DNA of 64,000 nucleotides from Eledone cirrhosa (Eukaryota): NCBI GenBank assembly GCA_964016885.1, contig OZ024760.1, positions 7,750,001 to 7,814,000 of the forward strand, read 5' to 3'. Shown piece by piece: positions 1 to 12,800 of this stretch (position 1 is its first letter; each line of letters starts with the position of its first letter). The notes under the pieces were generated by a model. It saw only the letters and a program-made list of their open reading frames with translations, ran no database searches and was not told where the DNA came from. The position numbers and the translations under genes were made by a program.

Positions 1-2340
1 CACCTCTAGACCCTCTCTCTATCTACAGTCTAACACCTCTACACCCCTCTCTATCTACAGTCTAACACCTCTACACCCTCTCTCTATCTACAGTCTAACA
101 CCTCTACACCCCTCTCTATCAACAGTCTAACACCTCTACACCCTTCTCTATCTACAGTCTAACACCTCTACACCCCTCTCTCTCTTACAGTCTAACACCT
201 CTACACCCCTCTCTATTTACAGTCTAACACCTCTACACCCCTCTCTATTTACAGTCTAACACCTCTACACCCTCTCTCTATCTACAGTCTAACACCTCTA
301 CACCCTCTCTCTATTTACAGTCTAACACCTCAACACCTCTCTCTATCTACAGTCTAACACCTCTACACCCTCTCTCTATCTACAGTCTAACACCTCTACA
401 CCCTTCTCTATTTACAGTCTAACACCTCTACACCCTCTCTCTCTTACAGTCTAGCACCTCTACACCCCTCTCTATTTACAGTCTAACACCTCTACCTCCA
501 CCTCTCTCTATTTACAGTCTAACACCTCTACACCCCTCACTATTTACAGTCTAACACCTCTACACCCCTCTCTATCTACAGTCTAACACCTCTACACCCC
601 TCTCTATCTACAGTCTAACACCTCTACACCCTCTCTCTATTTACAGTCTAACACCTCTACACCCCTCTCTATTTACAGTCTAACACCTTTACCTCTACCT
701 CTCTCTATTTACAGTCTAACACCTCTACACCGTCTCTCTATCTACAGTCTAACACCACTACACCCCTCTCTCTATTTACAGTCTAACACCTCTACACACC
801 TCTCTATTTACAGTCTAACACCTCTACACCCTCTCTCTCTTACAGTCTAACACCTCTACACCCCTCTCTATTTACAGTCTAACACCTCTACCTCCACCTC
901 TCTCTATTTACAGTCTAACACCTCTACACCCCTCTCTATCTACAGTCTAACACCTCTACACCCTCTCTCTATCAACAGTCTAACACCTCTACACCCTCTC
1001 TCTCTTACAGTCTAACACCTCTACACCCCTCACTATTTACAGTCTAACACCTCTACACCCCTCTCTATCTACAGTCTAACACCTCTACACCCTCTCTCTC
1101 TTACAGTCTAACACCTCTACACCCCTCTCTATTTACAGTCTAACACCTCTACACCCCTCTCTATTTACAGTCTAACACCTCTACACCCCTCTCTATTTAC
1201 AGTCTAACACCTCTACACCCTCTCTCTATCTACAGTCTAACACCTCTACACCCTCTCTCTATCTACAGTCTAACACCTCTACACCCCTCTCTATTTACAG
1301 TCTAACACCTCTACACCCCTCTCTATTTACAGTCTAACACCTCTACACCCCTCTCTATTTACAGTCTAACACCTCTACACCCCTCTCTATTTACAGTCTA
1401 ACACCTCTACACCCCTCTCTATCAACAGTCTAACACCTCTACACCCCTCTCTCTATCTACAGTCTAATACCTCTACACCCCTCTCTATCAACAGTCTAAC
1501 ACCTCTACACCTCCTCCTCTCTCTCTTACAGTCTAACACCTCTACACCCCTCTCTATCAACAGTCTAACACCTCTACACCTCCTCCTCTCTCTCTTACAG
1601 TCTAACACCTCTACACCCCTCTCTCTATCAACAGTCTAACACCTCTACACCCCTCTCTCTATCAACAGTCTAACACCTCTACACCCCTCTCTATCAACAG
1701 TCTAACACCTCTACACCCCTCTCTCTATTTACAGTCTAACACCTCTACACCCTCTCTCTATTTACAGTCTAACACCTCTACACCCCTCTCTATCAACAGT
1801 CTAACACCTCTACACCCTCTCTCTCTTACAGTCTAACACCTCTACACCCCTCTCTATCTACAGTCTAACACCTCTACACCCCTCTCTATCTACAGTCTAA
1901 CACCTCTACACCCTCTCACTCTTACAGTCTAACACCTGTACACCCCTCTCTATTTACAGTCTAACACCTCTACACCCCTCTCTATCTACAGTCTAACACC
2001 TCTACACCCTCTCTCTATCTACAGTCTATCACCTCTACACCTCCTCCTCTCTCTCTTACAGTCTAACACCTCTACACCCCTCTCTATCTACAGTCTAACA
2101 CCTCTACACCCTCTCTCTATCTACAGTCTAACACCTCTATACCTCCTCCTCTCTCTCTTACAGTCTAACACCTCTACACCCTCTCTCTATCTACAGTCTA
2201 ACACCTCTACACCCCTCTCTCTATCTACAGTCTAATACCTCTACACCCTCTCTCTATCAACAGTCTAACACCTCTATACCTCCTCCTCTCTCTCTTACAG
2301 TCTAACACCTCTATACCTCCTCTCTCTCTTACAGTCTAAC
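1..2340 (+). repeat. Minisatellite, about 31-33 bp unit (TCTAACACCTCTACACCCCTCTCTATTTACAG), about 70-75 copies, running off the window start
   Basis: Directly visible tandem units. Each has CTAAC, a pyrimidine tract and CAG, and the last unit ends at the acceptor (2334/2335) of the BTB gene exon. Confidence 0.97.
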
Positions 2341-2355
2341 AACTCTACGCCATCA

Positions 2356-2483
2356 ATGGAGAAAGTGAAGTCGGTGGACCTTGTCAGCAATAAGAGATCC
2401 ATGATGGGGCCAGAGAATGTTGGAGCTTTAAAAGTGTTACAGAGGTATTCTGTTAGCCAGAGTGAAAACAACAGAGAAAACCA
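2356..2483 (+). CDS. BTB/POZ-domain polyQ protein, first visible coding exon (MEKVKSVDLVSNKRSMMGPENVGALKVLQRYSVSQSENNREN-Q)
   Basis: Acceptor ttacag|2335, ATG at 2356, open frame to CA|gtgagt. The phase-2 join CA+G restores frame with the next exon (Q-D-N-L-L-H-S-M). The CDS may extend further upstream (2335-2355 is also open). Confidence 0.7.
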
Positions 2484-2590
2484 GTGAGTTGAGAAACTTC
2501 TACAAGATTTTTTTTATTATTTCACTTTCTTTGCCTTTCATCCGTAGGCAGGTTGATAAAATAAGGTACCAGTCATGCACTGGGGTTGAT

Positions 2591-3060
2591 TTAACTCTTT
2601 AGCATTTAAACTGGCTGTATCCGGCCAGAATTCTCTCACCTCTTTCTGTTCAAACTGGCCGTAACTGGCCATTTATACTGATGTTAATCATCATCATCAT
2701 CAACGTTTAACGTCCGTGTTCCACGCTTGCATGGGTTTGGATGGGGGTATTCCCACTTGAGGCAAGAGTGATTGTCTTGCTCGCATAGGACTGTCTGGCG
2801 GGTTTTCTACAGTTGGATGCCCTTCCTAACACCAACCACATTTACAGTGTGGGTCTGGGAGGTTTTTACCGTGTTGCCTACACGGCCACATTACAGCGTG
2901 GACTGTCTGGCGTGTTTTCTACAGCTGGATGCCCTTCCTAACACCAACCACATTTACAGTGTGGGTCTGGGAGGTTTTTACCGTGTGGCCTACACGGCCA
3001 CATTACAGCGTGGACTGTGTGTTTTTTTGTCGTGACAAAAGGTATTGTTAAGGTATTGTT
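2591..3060 (+). mobile_element. piggyBac-like MITE fragment interrupted by a minus-strand RTE-LINE 3' end (about 2688-3040)
   Basis: Starts TTAACTCTTTAGCATTTAAA like the copies at 13592 and 59425. The insert begins with (TCA)n and contains GGATGCCCTTCCTAACACCAACC, matching the LINE 3'UTR at 56600-56968. Confidence 0.7.
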
Positions 3061-3090
3061 TATTTGTTTTGTGTGTTTTTAACATTTCAG

Positions 3091-3367
3091 GGACAATTTG
3101 CTCCACTCTATGACGATGTTGAAAGCTAAAAGTGACCTCTCTGGTGAGAAGTCATCAGCACAGATGTCACCAATTCCTCTTGACAGTCCAGATGTTTCCG
3201 ATGAATTCAGTATTGAGATTTTAGGGGATGAGGCTGAGGAAGAAGAGGAAGAGCAGCAGATTGTTATCTCAGAACACCAACACAATGTTATGTCAAGTTT
3301 GGCCTTACTTTGGAAAAATGGCAAACTATGTGATGCTGCAATTGGTAACGGAACGACCAAAATAATG
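3091..3367 (+). CDS. BTB/POZ-domain polyQ protein, exon 2 (acidic stretch and N-terminal half of BTB)
   Basis: tttcag|G acceptor, ATG|gtgagt donor. HQHNVMSSLALLWKNGKLCDAAIGNGTTKIM matches the BTB start motif (L..L...g.lCDv.l). Confidence 0.88.
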
Positions 3368-3869
3368 GTGAGTTTTGTGGGTTTTTATGATAAAATGCAC
3401 CCAGTACACTCTGTAAATAGTTAGTGCTGGTGCCATTCTGTGAATGGTAGTGGCAATGCTATGCTAAAATCCATCCAGTGCACTCTATAAAGTGCTAATG
3501 CTCCTGCCTTGATAGAATGCACCCAGTACACTCTGTAAAAAGTTAGCGTTGGTGCCATTCTGTGAGGGGTAGTGGCAGTGCTATGATAAAATTCACCCGG
3601 TACAGTCTGTAAAATGTTAGTACTGGTACCACAATAAAATATACCCAGTACTCTCTAAAAAGTGGTAATACTCCTGCTATGATAAAATGCACCCAGTACA
3701 CTCTGTAAAGTGGTTGGAATTTAGACTTTAGATAATGTCATAGAAACCTAGACAACATCTGTAGAGTTTGTGTCACAACATTGTATAGTGGTTGGTATAT
3801 GAAAGGGCATACAGCTGTAGAAACTATACCAAAACTGGAATGTGTGAGCTGGATACCCCCCACTACATC

Positions 3870-6482
3870 CTGTGACTATATGAGATGTTAGTAACTCTAG
3901 TGTGACTATATGAGATGTTAGTAGTACTAGTGTGACTATATGAGATGTTAGTAGTACTAGTGTGACTATATGAGATGTTAGTAGTACTAGTGTGACTATA
4001 TGAGATGTTAGTAACTCTAGTGTGACTATATGAGATGTTAGTAGTACTAGTGTGACTATATGAGATGTTAGTAGTACTAGTGTGACTATATGAGATGTTA
4101 GTAGTACTAGTGTGACTATATGAGACGTTAGTAACACTAGTGTGACTATATAAGATGTTAGTACTAGTGTGACTATATGAGATGTTAGTAGTACTTGTGT
4201 GACTATATGAGATGTTAGTAGTACTAGTGTGACTATATAAGATGTTAGTAGTACTAGTGTGACTATATGAGATGTTAGTAACTCTAGTGTGACTATATGA
4301 GATGTTAGTAGTACTAGTGTGACTATATGAGATGTTAGTAACACTAGTGTGACTATATGAGATGTTAGTAACACTAGTGTGACTATATAAGATGTTAGTA
4401 CTAGTGTGACTATATGAGATGTTAGTAGTACTAGTGTGACTATATGAGATGTTAGTAACTCTAGTGTGACTATATGAGATGTTAGTAGTACTTGTGTGAC
4501 TATATGAGATGTTAGTAACTCTAGTGTGACTATATGAGATGTTAGTAGTACTACTATGACTATATGAGATGTTAGTAGTACTTGTGTGACTATATGAGAT
4601 GTTAGTAGTACTAGTGTGACTATATGAGATGTTAGTAACTCTAGTGTGACTATATGAGATGTTAGTAGTACTTGTGTGACTATATGAGATGTTAGTAGTA
4701 CTAGTGTGACTATATGAGATGTTAGTAGTACTAGTGTGACTATATGAGATGTTAGTAGTACTAGTGTGACTATATGAGACGTTAGTAACACTAGTGTGAC
4801 TATATAAGATGTTAGTAGTACTAGTGTGACTATATGAGATGTTAGTAGTACTAGTGTGACTATATAAGATGTTAGTAGTACTAGTGTGACTATATGAGAT
4901 GTTAGTAGTACTTGTGTGACTATATGAGATGTTAGTAGTACTTGTGTGACTATATGAGATGTTAGTAGTACTTGTGTGACTATATGAAATGTTAGTAGTA
5001 CTTGTGTGACTATATGAGATGTTAGTAGTACTAGTGTGACTATATGAGATGTTAGTAGTACTTGTGTGACTATATGAGATGTTAGTAGTACTAGTGTGAC
5101 TATATGAGATGTTAGTAGTACTAGTGTGACTATATGAGATGTTAGTAATACTAGTGTGACTATATGAGATGTTAGTAGTACTAGTGTGACTATATGAGAT
5201 GTTAGTAACTCTAGTGTGACTATATGAGATGTTAGTAGTACTAGTGTGACTATATAAGATGTTAGTAGTACTAGTGTGACTATATGAGATGTTAGTAACA
5301 CTAGTGTGACTATATGAGATGTTAGTAGTACTAGTGTGACTATATGAGATGTTAGTAACTCTAGTGTGACTATATGAGATGTTAGTAGTACTTGTGTGAC
5401 TATATGAGATGTTAGTAGTACTAGTGTGACTATATGAGATGTTAGTAGTACTAGTGTGACTATATGAGACGTTAGTAACACTAGTGTGACTATATAAGAT
5501 GTTAGTAGTACTAGTGTGACTATATGAGATGTTAGTAGTACTAGTGTGACTATATAAGATGTTAGTAGTACTAGTGTGACTATATGAGATGTTAGTAGTA
5601 CTTGTGTGACTATATGAGATGTTAGTAGTACTTGTGTGACTATATGAGATGTTAGTAGTACTTGTGTGACTATATGAGATGTTAGTAGTACTAGTGTGAC
5701 TATATGAGATGTTAGTAGTACTTGTGTGACTATATGAGATGTTAGTAGTACTAGTGTGACTATATGAGATGTTAGTAGTACTAGTGTGACTATATGAGAT
5801 GTTAGTAACACTAGTGTGACTATATGAGATGTTAGTAGTACTAGTGTGACTATATGAGATGTTAGTAACTCTAGTGTGACTATATGAGATGTTAGTAGTA
5901 CTAGTGTGACTATATGAGATGTTAGTAACTCTAGTGTGACTATATGAGATGTTAGTAACTCGTGTGACTGTATGAGATGTTAGTAGTACTCGTGTGACTA
6001 TATGAGATGTTAGTAACACTTGTGTGACTATATAAGATGTTAGTAACACTAGTGTGACTATATGAGATGTTAGTAGTACTAGTGTGACTATATGAGATGT
6101 TAGTAACTCTAGTGTGACTATATGAGATGTTAGTAGTACTCGTGTGACTATATGAGATGTTAGTAGTACTAGTGTGACTATATGAGATGTTAGTAGTACT
6201 TGTGTGACTATATAAGATGTTAGTAACTCTAGTGTGACTATATGAGATGTTAGTAGTACTAGTGTGACTATATGAGATGTTAGTAACACTAGTGTGACTA
6301 TATGAGATGTTAGTAGTACTAGTGTGACTATATGAGATGTTAGTAACTCTAGTGTGACTATATGAGATGTTAGTAGTACTCGTGTGACTATATGAGATGT
6401 TAGTAGTACTAGTGTGACTATATGAGATGTTAGTAACACTAGTGTGACTATATAAGATGTTAGTAACACTAGTGTGACTATA
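3870..6482. repeat. Intronic 30-bp minisatellite (GTGTGACTATATGAGATGTTAGTAGTACTA), about 87 copies
   Basis: Directly visible; explains the spurious 687-aa and 893-aa minus-strand ORFs. Confidence 0.98.
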
Positions 6483-6487
6483 GAAGA

Positions 6488-6646
6488 GAGGTTCTCAAAC
6501 ATTTTGGGCCACCCCACCTCAGGGCCACATAATGCCCTCAGCACCCCCGAACCCTATTTCCAGAGAGACCTACCTACATGCAAATTGTAAATAATATATA
6601 ATAAAAAGAATCGTTAATTTATATATAATAAATAATATAATATATA

Positions 6647-6678
<32 letters not shown>

Positions 6679-6735
6679 TTTTTTTATTTTACTATATTTA
6701 TATATAATATGTAGCAATGGACCTTCTCAATGCCC
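6488..6735 (+). mobile_element. hAT-like MITE fragment (related copies about 17268-17925 and 58383-58980)
   Basis: GGTTCTCAAA terminal motif and shared internal sequence CCCTATTTCCAGAGAGACCT(A/G)CCTACA among copies. Confidence 0.55.
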
Positions 6736-6739
6736 CCAT

Positions 6740-7120
6740 AAAGTAAACAAAACATATGATAAGTCTACAACAGCAATAAAAACAGATATTGGCATCTCTA
6801 GGCATGTCAACATCCTCAAAAGTGTAAAACAAGGTGACATCCTTTCGGCTTTACTCTTCTGTGTTGTCATAGTATCCATAACCTTGAAAACAGAAGCAGA
6901 ACACAACTCCGGTTTCTCTATTGGGGGCCAGTTACTGTCAGATCTTAGCTACGCCTATGACATAGCTGCTATAAACAGTTCTAGTCAAGATCTGAAAAAT
7001 TGACATTGATGTTCTAATTAGACATGCAGCAGAAATTGGACTATTTGTAGATGTCTCCAAAACTAAATATACATCAACAGATACGAATAACCAATCTCTA
7101 CATCTTACAATATATGATAA
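6740..7120 (+). mobile_element. Degenerate non-LTR reverse transcriptase fragment
   Basis: Translates to ...SVKQGDILSALLFCVV...LSYAYDIA (QG motif and decayed YADD). Confidence 0.65.
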
Positions 7121-7390
7121 TTGAGAAGGGCGGTGGATTGGCAGTATCGGTAGAGAGTTGGACGCCATGCTTTGCAGCATAGTGTTACGTCCCTTTACGG
7201 TCTGAGTTCAAATCCCGCCGAGGTTAACTTTGCCTTTCATCCTTACGGGGTCGATAAAATAAAGTACCAGTAATGTACTGGGTTATTGCTGGCCTTGTGC
7301 CAAAAGTAGAAACAATATATGATAATTGAGAACCTCTGCTATACAAGATGTTAGTAGATCTAATGTATTGTTTATTGTCTTGTTTTTCAG

Positions 7391-8593
7391 GTTCACAAAG
7401 TCGTGTTGTTGGCAATCTGTCCACGGCTACTGTCTATGTTTAATGCAGATGTTCAGGCGAACCGCTTCCTTCAGGTGAATTTCCCACAGAGAGTCAGCCA
7501 GGAGGCTCTGACCGCCTTTGCAGAGTATATGTACAACGGTGTGCTCAGCCTGACACCCAGGCTCTTAGACCAGCTGCTGTTGATTGCTCTGCAACTTGGC
7601 ATCAAGGAACTGGAGCTCCTCTGTGATGCCAACCTAATGAGTACTCCAGACAACAGAAAGACTACGACTATGACCTCCAGCCTTAACAACATGAATTTCC
7701 ACAGTGGCCGCGCCTTCAGAACAACGCCTGTTTACCATCGACAGCAGAATAAAATTCGTCACATTCAGCAACAGCAACAGCAGCACCAGCAACAACAACA
7801 GCAGCAACAGCAACAACAGCAGCAACAGCAACAACAACAACAATATGCAAACTCTCATTCATTCATTGATGACTCAGATGGTTCTACGGTTTCGATAAAC
7901 CAGAAATATTTGCAGGAGGCACACGCACGTCAAAGGTTCGGCTACTCTTCGTTGCACCAAGAGCGACAAGCTGCGGACATGTACCAACAAGTGTCCAACG
8001 CTAACATAGGCTCTTCTGGCAGCTCCTTAAAACTTGTAAGCTCTGCGGATGATTACCAGCTAGACGATGGCATTAAAATTGAACCAATAAACGTCGATGA
8101 CGAGAAATCTAGCCAACATTCTGATATCGAAGACAGTCTAAACCCTTCCCTTTCATCAAACTTCTGCCAAACGACGGACAAACTGGTTGGAAACCATACA
8201 AACGAACCTACTTCAAACGAGAAACACATCCCCACATCATCTTTTCAACATTTGTCGACAAACACTTCGAGTTTTTCTGACACGAGATCCCTTGGTGACT
8301 TCCAGAACACTGCGAGCGTACGCCAGAGACATTTGACCAACAAGAGGAACTTGCCTAACATTAATTTCACCATTAAAAACGAAAACGTGAGCCAGTTAGA
8401 TAGCGACCAGGATGACTGCGTGGAGGTGACTCCGGTGGACAACAACGCCATCAGCTCCTCGCGTAAGATGGCAAAGCTAGAACTTTTCAATCCCAGGAAC
8501 TGCATCGATGTAGAAATGTTGCCCGAATGCGAAATGGGGTCGATTCAGATAACCGACATACGAAGTGGTTCACACAACACTGCAGTGTCTTGA
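7391..8593 (+). CDS. BTB/POZ-domain polyQ protein, terminal exon
   Basis: ttttcag|GTT acceptor, phase 0. VHKVVLLAICPRL...FAEYMYNG...LLLIALQLGIKELELLC is the BTB core, followed by Q6HQ19 and a Ser/Asn/Asp-rich tail; TGA at 8591-8593. No zinc finger or Kelch visible. Confidence 0.9.
   Translation, partial: VHKVVLLAICPRLLSMFNADVQANRFLQVNFPQRVSQEALTAFAEYMYNGVLSLTPRLLDQLLLIALQLGIKELELLCDANLMSTPDNRKTTTMTSSLNNMNFHSGRAFRTTPVYHRQQNKIRHIQQQQQQHQQQQQQQQQQQQQQQQQQQYANSHSFIDDSDGSTVSINQKYLQEAHARQRFGYSSLHQERQAADMYQQVSNANIGSSGSSLKLVSSADDYQLDDGIKIEPINVDDEKSSQHSDIEDSLNPSLSSNFCQTTDKLVGNHTNEPTSNEKHIPTSSFQHLSTNTSSFSDTRSLGDFQNTASVRQRHLTNKRNLPNINFTIKNENVSQLDSDQDDCVEVTPVDNNAISSSRKMAKLELFNPRNCIDVEMLPECEMGSIQITDIRSGSHNTAVS
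7766..7843 (+). repeat. Coding CAG/CAA polyglutamine tract (Q6-H-Q19)
   Basis: In frame in the BTB terminal exon. Confidence 0.95.
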
Positions 8594-9189
8594 TTTACGG
8601 ATGGGGGGGGAGGTACAGAAGGAAAGAAAGAGAGAGAGACAGACAGACAGACAGAAGGAGAGAGAGAGAGAGAGTGAGTATGACTGAGTGAGAGAGGGGA
8701 AAGATAAAGGTGAGACAGACAGACAGACAGACAGACACACACATAGATAAAGGGATGAGAACGAAGGGGCGGGATTGTACAGCAACAGAGAGAGAGAGAG
8801 AGAGAGTAAGACAGAGAAAGAGAGAGAGGGAAAGAGAAAAACGAGACAGAGAGACAGAGGGGTGAGAAGAAAGGGGCTTGGGATTGTACAGAAGCTAATG
8901 GAGATAGAGAGAAAGAAACAGAGAGTGGGTAAGACAGAAGGAGAGAGAGAGAGTAAGATAAAAATGAGATAGAGAGACAGACAGAAGCAAGGGTGAGAAG
9001 AAAAGGGGATGGGGTGGGACTATTAAAAACAACAACCAAAAACAAAATAAATACGACAACAAAAAAACAACACAGTTGCTTCTCAAATTCTCAAACTGTT
9101 TCTATGTTCTTGATAAAAAAAAACAAAAACCCCAAAACTTTTTTAAATGTAGAATTTGAGAAGTCTGTTACTATGTGAGCAACAACATT

Positions 9190-9905
9190 AACAATAATAA
9201 CAGTAGCAACAACATATATATAGCAAGCAAATATCCCTAACAACAACAGTAACAGCAACATATAGCAAGCAAGCAAATAACAGCAACAACAACATATACC
9301 AACCAAACAAGCAAATAACCCTAACAACAGTAACAACAACATATACCAACCAAGCAAATAACCCTAACAACAACGTATACCAAACAAGCAAATAACCCTA
9401 ACAACAACGTATACCAACCAAGCAAATAACCCTAACAACAACAACATATACCAAACAAGCAAATAACCCTAACAACAACATATACCAAACAAGTAAATAA
9501 CCCTAACAACAACAACATATACCAAACAAGCAAATAACCCTAACAACAACATATACCAAACAAGTAAATAACCCTAACAACAACAACATATACCAACCAA
9601 GCAAATAACCCTAACAACAACAACATAAACCAACCAAGCAAATAACCCTAACAACAACGTATACCAACCAAGCAAATAACCCTAACAACAACAACGTATA
9701 CCAAACAAGCAAATAACCCTAACAACAACAACATATACCAAACAAGCAAATAACAATAGTAATAACAACATATAACAAGCAAATAAACATAACAGTAACA
9801 GCAACATATAGCAAGCAAGCAAGCAAGCAACAACAACATATACTAAACAAGCAAATAACAACAATAACAACAACATATAGCCAATAACCCTAACAACAAC
9901 AACAT
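9190..9905. repeat. About 33-36 bp minisatellite (AACAACATATACCAAACAAGCAAATAACCCT)
   Basis: Directly visible; unit length varies with the number of AAC triplets. Confidence 0.9.
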
Positions 9906-10069
9906 AGCAACATTAGTTAAAATTATCTCCTCCTTTGGTACCAATTTATTTATTTATTTACCAATGGCGTGGTTTAAAAATAAAATTAAAAAAATATAAA
10001 ACAAACCAAAACAAATCAACAAAGTTTTCTCATATTTTGCGTGTTTGTTATTTGAGATTATATATCGGG

Positions 10070-12080
10070 TGGTGGGGTGGGGGGGTCGGTAGAGCGTTGG
10101 AGAACGTTTTGTGGGATAGAGTTATGGCCCTTTATGTTCTGAGTTCAAATTCTGCCGAGGTTAGCTTTGCCTTTCATCCTTACGGGGGGTCGGTAAAATA
10201 TAGCACCAGTAATGCACTGGGGTCGATTTAATCAACTTTCCCCTCCCCCAAAGTTGCTGGCCTTGTGCCTAAATCTGAAACCATTATTTGAGATTATAAT
10301 ATGACAGGGTGGAGGTGGTTTTTTTTTTTGTGGAGGCAGAATCGGTAGACCGTTGGAGAACGTTTTGTGGCATAGAGTTATGGCCCTTTATGTTCTGAGT
10401 TCAAATCCAGCTACGGTTTTGCCTTTCATCCTTATAGGGGTCAATTTAATCATTTTTTTCCCCTCCCCACCAAAAAATTTGTTGGCTTTGTGCCTAAACC
10501 AGAAACCATTCGAGGTTGACTTTGCCTTTCATCCTTACAGGGTCGATAAAATAAAGTACCAGTAATGTACTGGGTAATTGATGGCCTTGTGCCAAAAATA
10601 GAAACAATTATTATATGAAATTAAAATAAGGTGGATAAATTGGTAGAGTGTCGGACAACATGCGTTGCAGCATAGAGTTATGGCCCTTTACGTTCTCAGT
10701 TCAAATCTAGCCAAGGTTACTTTTGCCTTTCATCCTTACAGGGTCGATAAAATAAAGTATCAGTCACACACTGGGGTTGATCTAATCGACTTTGCCCTCC
10801 CCTAAAATTGGTGGCCTTGTGTCTAAATCTGAAGCCATTATTTTGAGATTATAATATGGTGGGGTGGGAGGTTTGGCAGAATCGGTAGAGCATCGGAGAA
10901 CGTTTTGTCGCATAGTTATGTCCCTTTATATTCTGAGTTCAAATTCAACCAAGGTTAGTTTTGCCTTTCATCCTTACAGGGTTGATAAAATAAAGTACCA
11001 GTCATGCACTGGGGTCAATTCAATTTAACCCCCCCCCCCCCCCCCCCAATTTTTTTTTTTTTACTGGCGTTGTGCCTAAATCATAAAGGATTGGCAGTAT
11101 CGGTAGAGTGTCGGATGCCATGCTTTGGCGCATAGAGTTACGGCCCTGGCCATTCTGAGTTCAAATCCCGCCGAGGTTAACTTTGCCTTTCATCCTTACG
11201 GGGTCAATAAAATAAAGTACCAGTCATTACTGGGTAATTGCTGGCCTTGTGCCTAACGTAGAAACAATTATTATAGGATGGTGGGTTAGCAGAATTGGTA
11301 GAGTGTCGGAGAAGATGCTTTGTGGCATAGTTACGTCCCTTTACGTTCTGAGTTAAAATTCCACTGAGGTTAGCTTTGTCTTTCTTCTTTATGGGGGGTT
11401 GATAAAATAAAGTACCAGTAATGAACTTGGGTCAATTTAATCGACTTTCCCCTCCCACAAAATTGTTGGTCAAGAGAAAGCGGATGTTAAAACGACAATG
11501 ATGATGATGATGATGTTCCTAAATGAAAAGCCGTTATTACAAGGTGGTGGGTTGGCAGAATCGGTAGAGCATTGGAGAACATGCTTTGCGGCATAGAGTT
11601 ACGGCTCTTTATGTCCCCAGTTCAAATCCCGTTGAGGTTAGCGTTGCCTTTCATCCTAACGGGGTCGATAAAATAAAGTACCATTTTGGGGGGAGGGGAA
11701 GACAATTGAACCATCCCCAGTGCGTTACTGGTACTTTATTTTATTGACCCTCCGTAAGGATGAAAGGCAAAGTTAACCTCGGCAGAACCTGAACTCAGAA
11801 TATAAAGGGACGTAACTCTATGCCACAAAGCATAATAACAACAACAATAATAATAATAACGGTTTCTGATTTAGGCGCAGGGCCAACAATGTTGGGAGAG
11901 GGGAAAGTCAATTAATTCGACCCCAGGGTGTTACTGGTACTTTATTTTATCGATCCTGTGAGGATGAAAGGTGAAGCTTAACCTCGGCGGGATTTGAACT
12001 CAGAACATAAAGGGACAGAACTCTATGCCACAAAGCATGGTGTCCGACTCTCTACCGATTCTACTGCCTACCCACTGCCC
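10070..12080. mobile_element. Cluster of about 10 tRNA-derived SINE copies (first about 8 on +, last 2 on -)
   Basis: Repeated A-box-like TGGCAGAATCGGTAGAG, B-box GAGTTCAAATCC and core GCCTTTCATCCTTACGGGGTCGATAAAATAAAGTACCAG. The same family recurs near 7130, 12915-13475, 22600, 25170-25460, 27500, 40215-40690, 48590-49335, 50455-50730, 52245-52545, 57380 and 58470. Confidence 0.9.
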
Positions 12081-12647
12081 GTTTGCCAAGAATAACAATA
12101 ACAACAACAATAATAATGATGATAACAATAAACCATTTTATTAGAATTTAAAAACTAAAGCATTCTCTTACAATATTTCCTAGTGTGGAAGACGCTGGTT
12201 TTTTTTTAGTAGTGGGGTGGTCTCCAAAATATATCTTGAAAATTGAATTCTTGGATTCCAAAGAAAGTTGCGTAAGTAATCGGCTGAGATTTTATTTTAT
12301 TGGTTTTAATTAATTAATTTTTTTTTTTGTTTAGAAATTTAGCAACTGAAAATTAGGAGGTGGATCCACGACATTTATTGAGGTGTCTTCTTAGCTGAGA
12401 AATATTGTGGTTTTTACAGACCTTCTGGAAATGTCAGTATGGGGAAACGACACTCGGTAGAAATTGTCTGGGTTTCATGAAGAGAGAGAGAGAGAGAGAA
12501 AAAGAGTGAGTGAGGAAGAAAAAGAGAGGCTGAGAGAGAAAGAAAGAAAGAGAGAGAAAGAAAATGGTGTAGTCCTTGGTATGAGAGAGACGGAATCGGA
12601 GAGATTTGCAACACATAACGAGTGAGGTTGGGTTGGTAGTAGTGGCT

Positions 12648-12800
12648 TTAATCCTGTTCTGCTCTGTAATATGATGTAGTCATACAGTAGCACTTCTCGA
12701 ATGGAAAGAAACAATAGTCATGGATGGAACTAGTACATTCTAGGTGAGGACGACAACAATTATCGAAGTCTGGATTACATTCTTGCAAGTACAGGGTACA
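12648..12800 (-). CDS. Secreted cysteine-knot (knottin/agatoxin-like) peptide, last exon: CTLYLQECNPDFDNCCRPHLECTSSIHDYCFFPFEKCYCMTTSYYRAEQD*
   Basis: Acceptor ttttctttta cag|TGT, phase 0. Eight Cys spaced C-x6-C-x6-CC-x5-C-x7-C-x6-C-x-C; TAA at 12650-12648. Confidence 0.85.
   Translation of the reverse strand, partial: CTLYLQECNPDFDNCCRPHLECTSSIHDYCFFPFEKCYCMTTSYYRAEQD

Noticed and set aside
3870-6482. TACTAAC branch-point motif in each 30-bp unit
   Set aside because: It is on the strand opposite the host gene and lacks a downstream polypyrimidine-AG.
3748-6544. 687-aa and 893-aa minus-strand ORFs
   Set aside because: Artefacts of a 30-bp (multiple of 3) intronic minisatellite; no unique sequence or splice context.
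9190-9905. Telomeric repeat (TAACCC)
   Set aside because: Only one hexamer per 33-36 bp unit; not a (TTAGGG)n tract.
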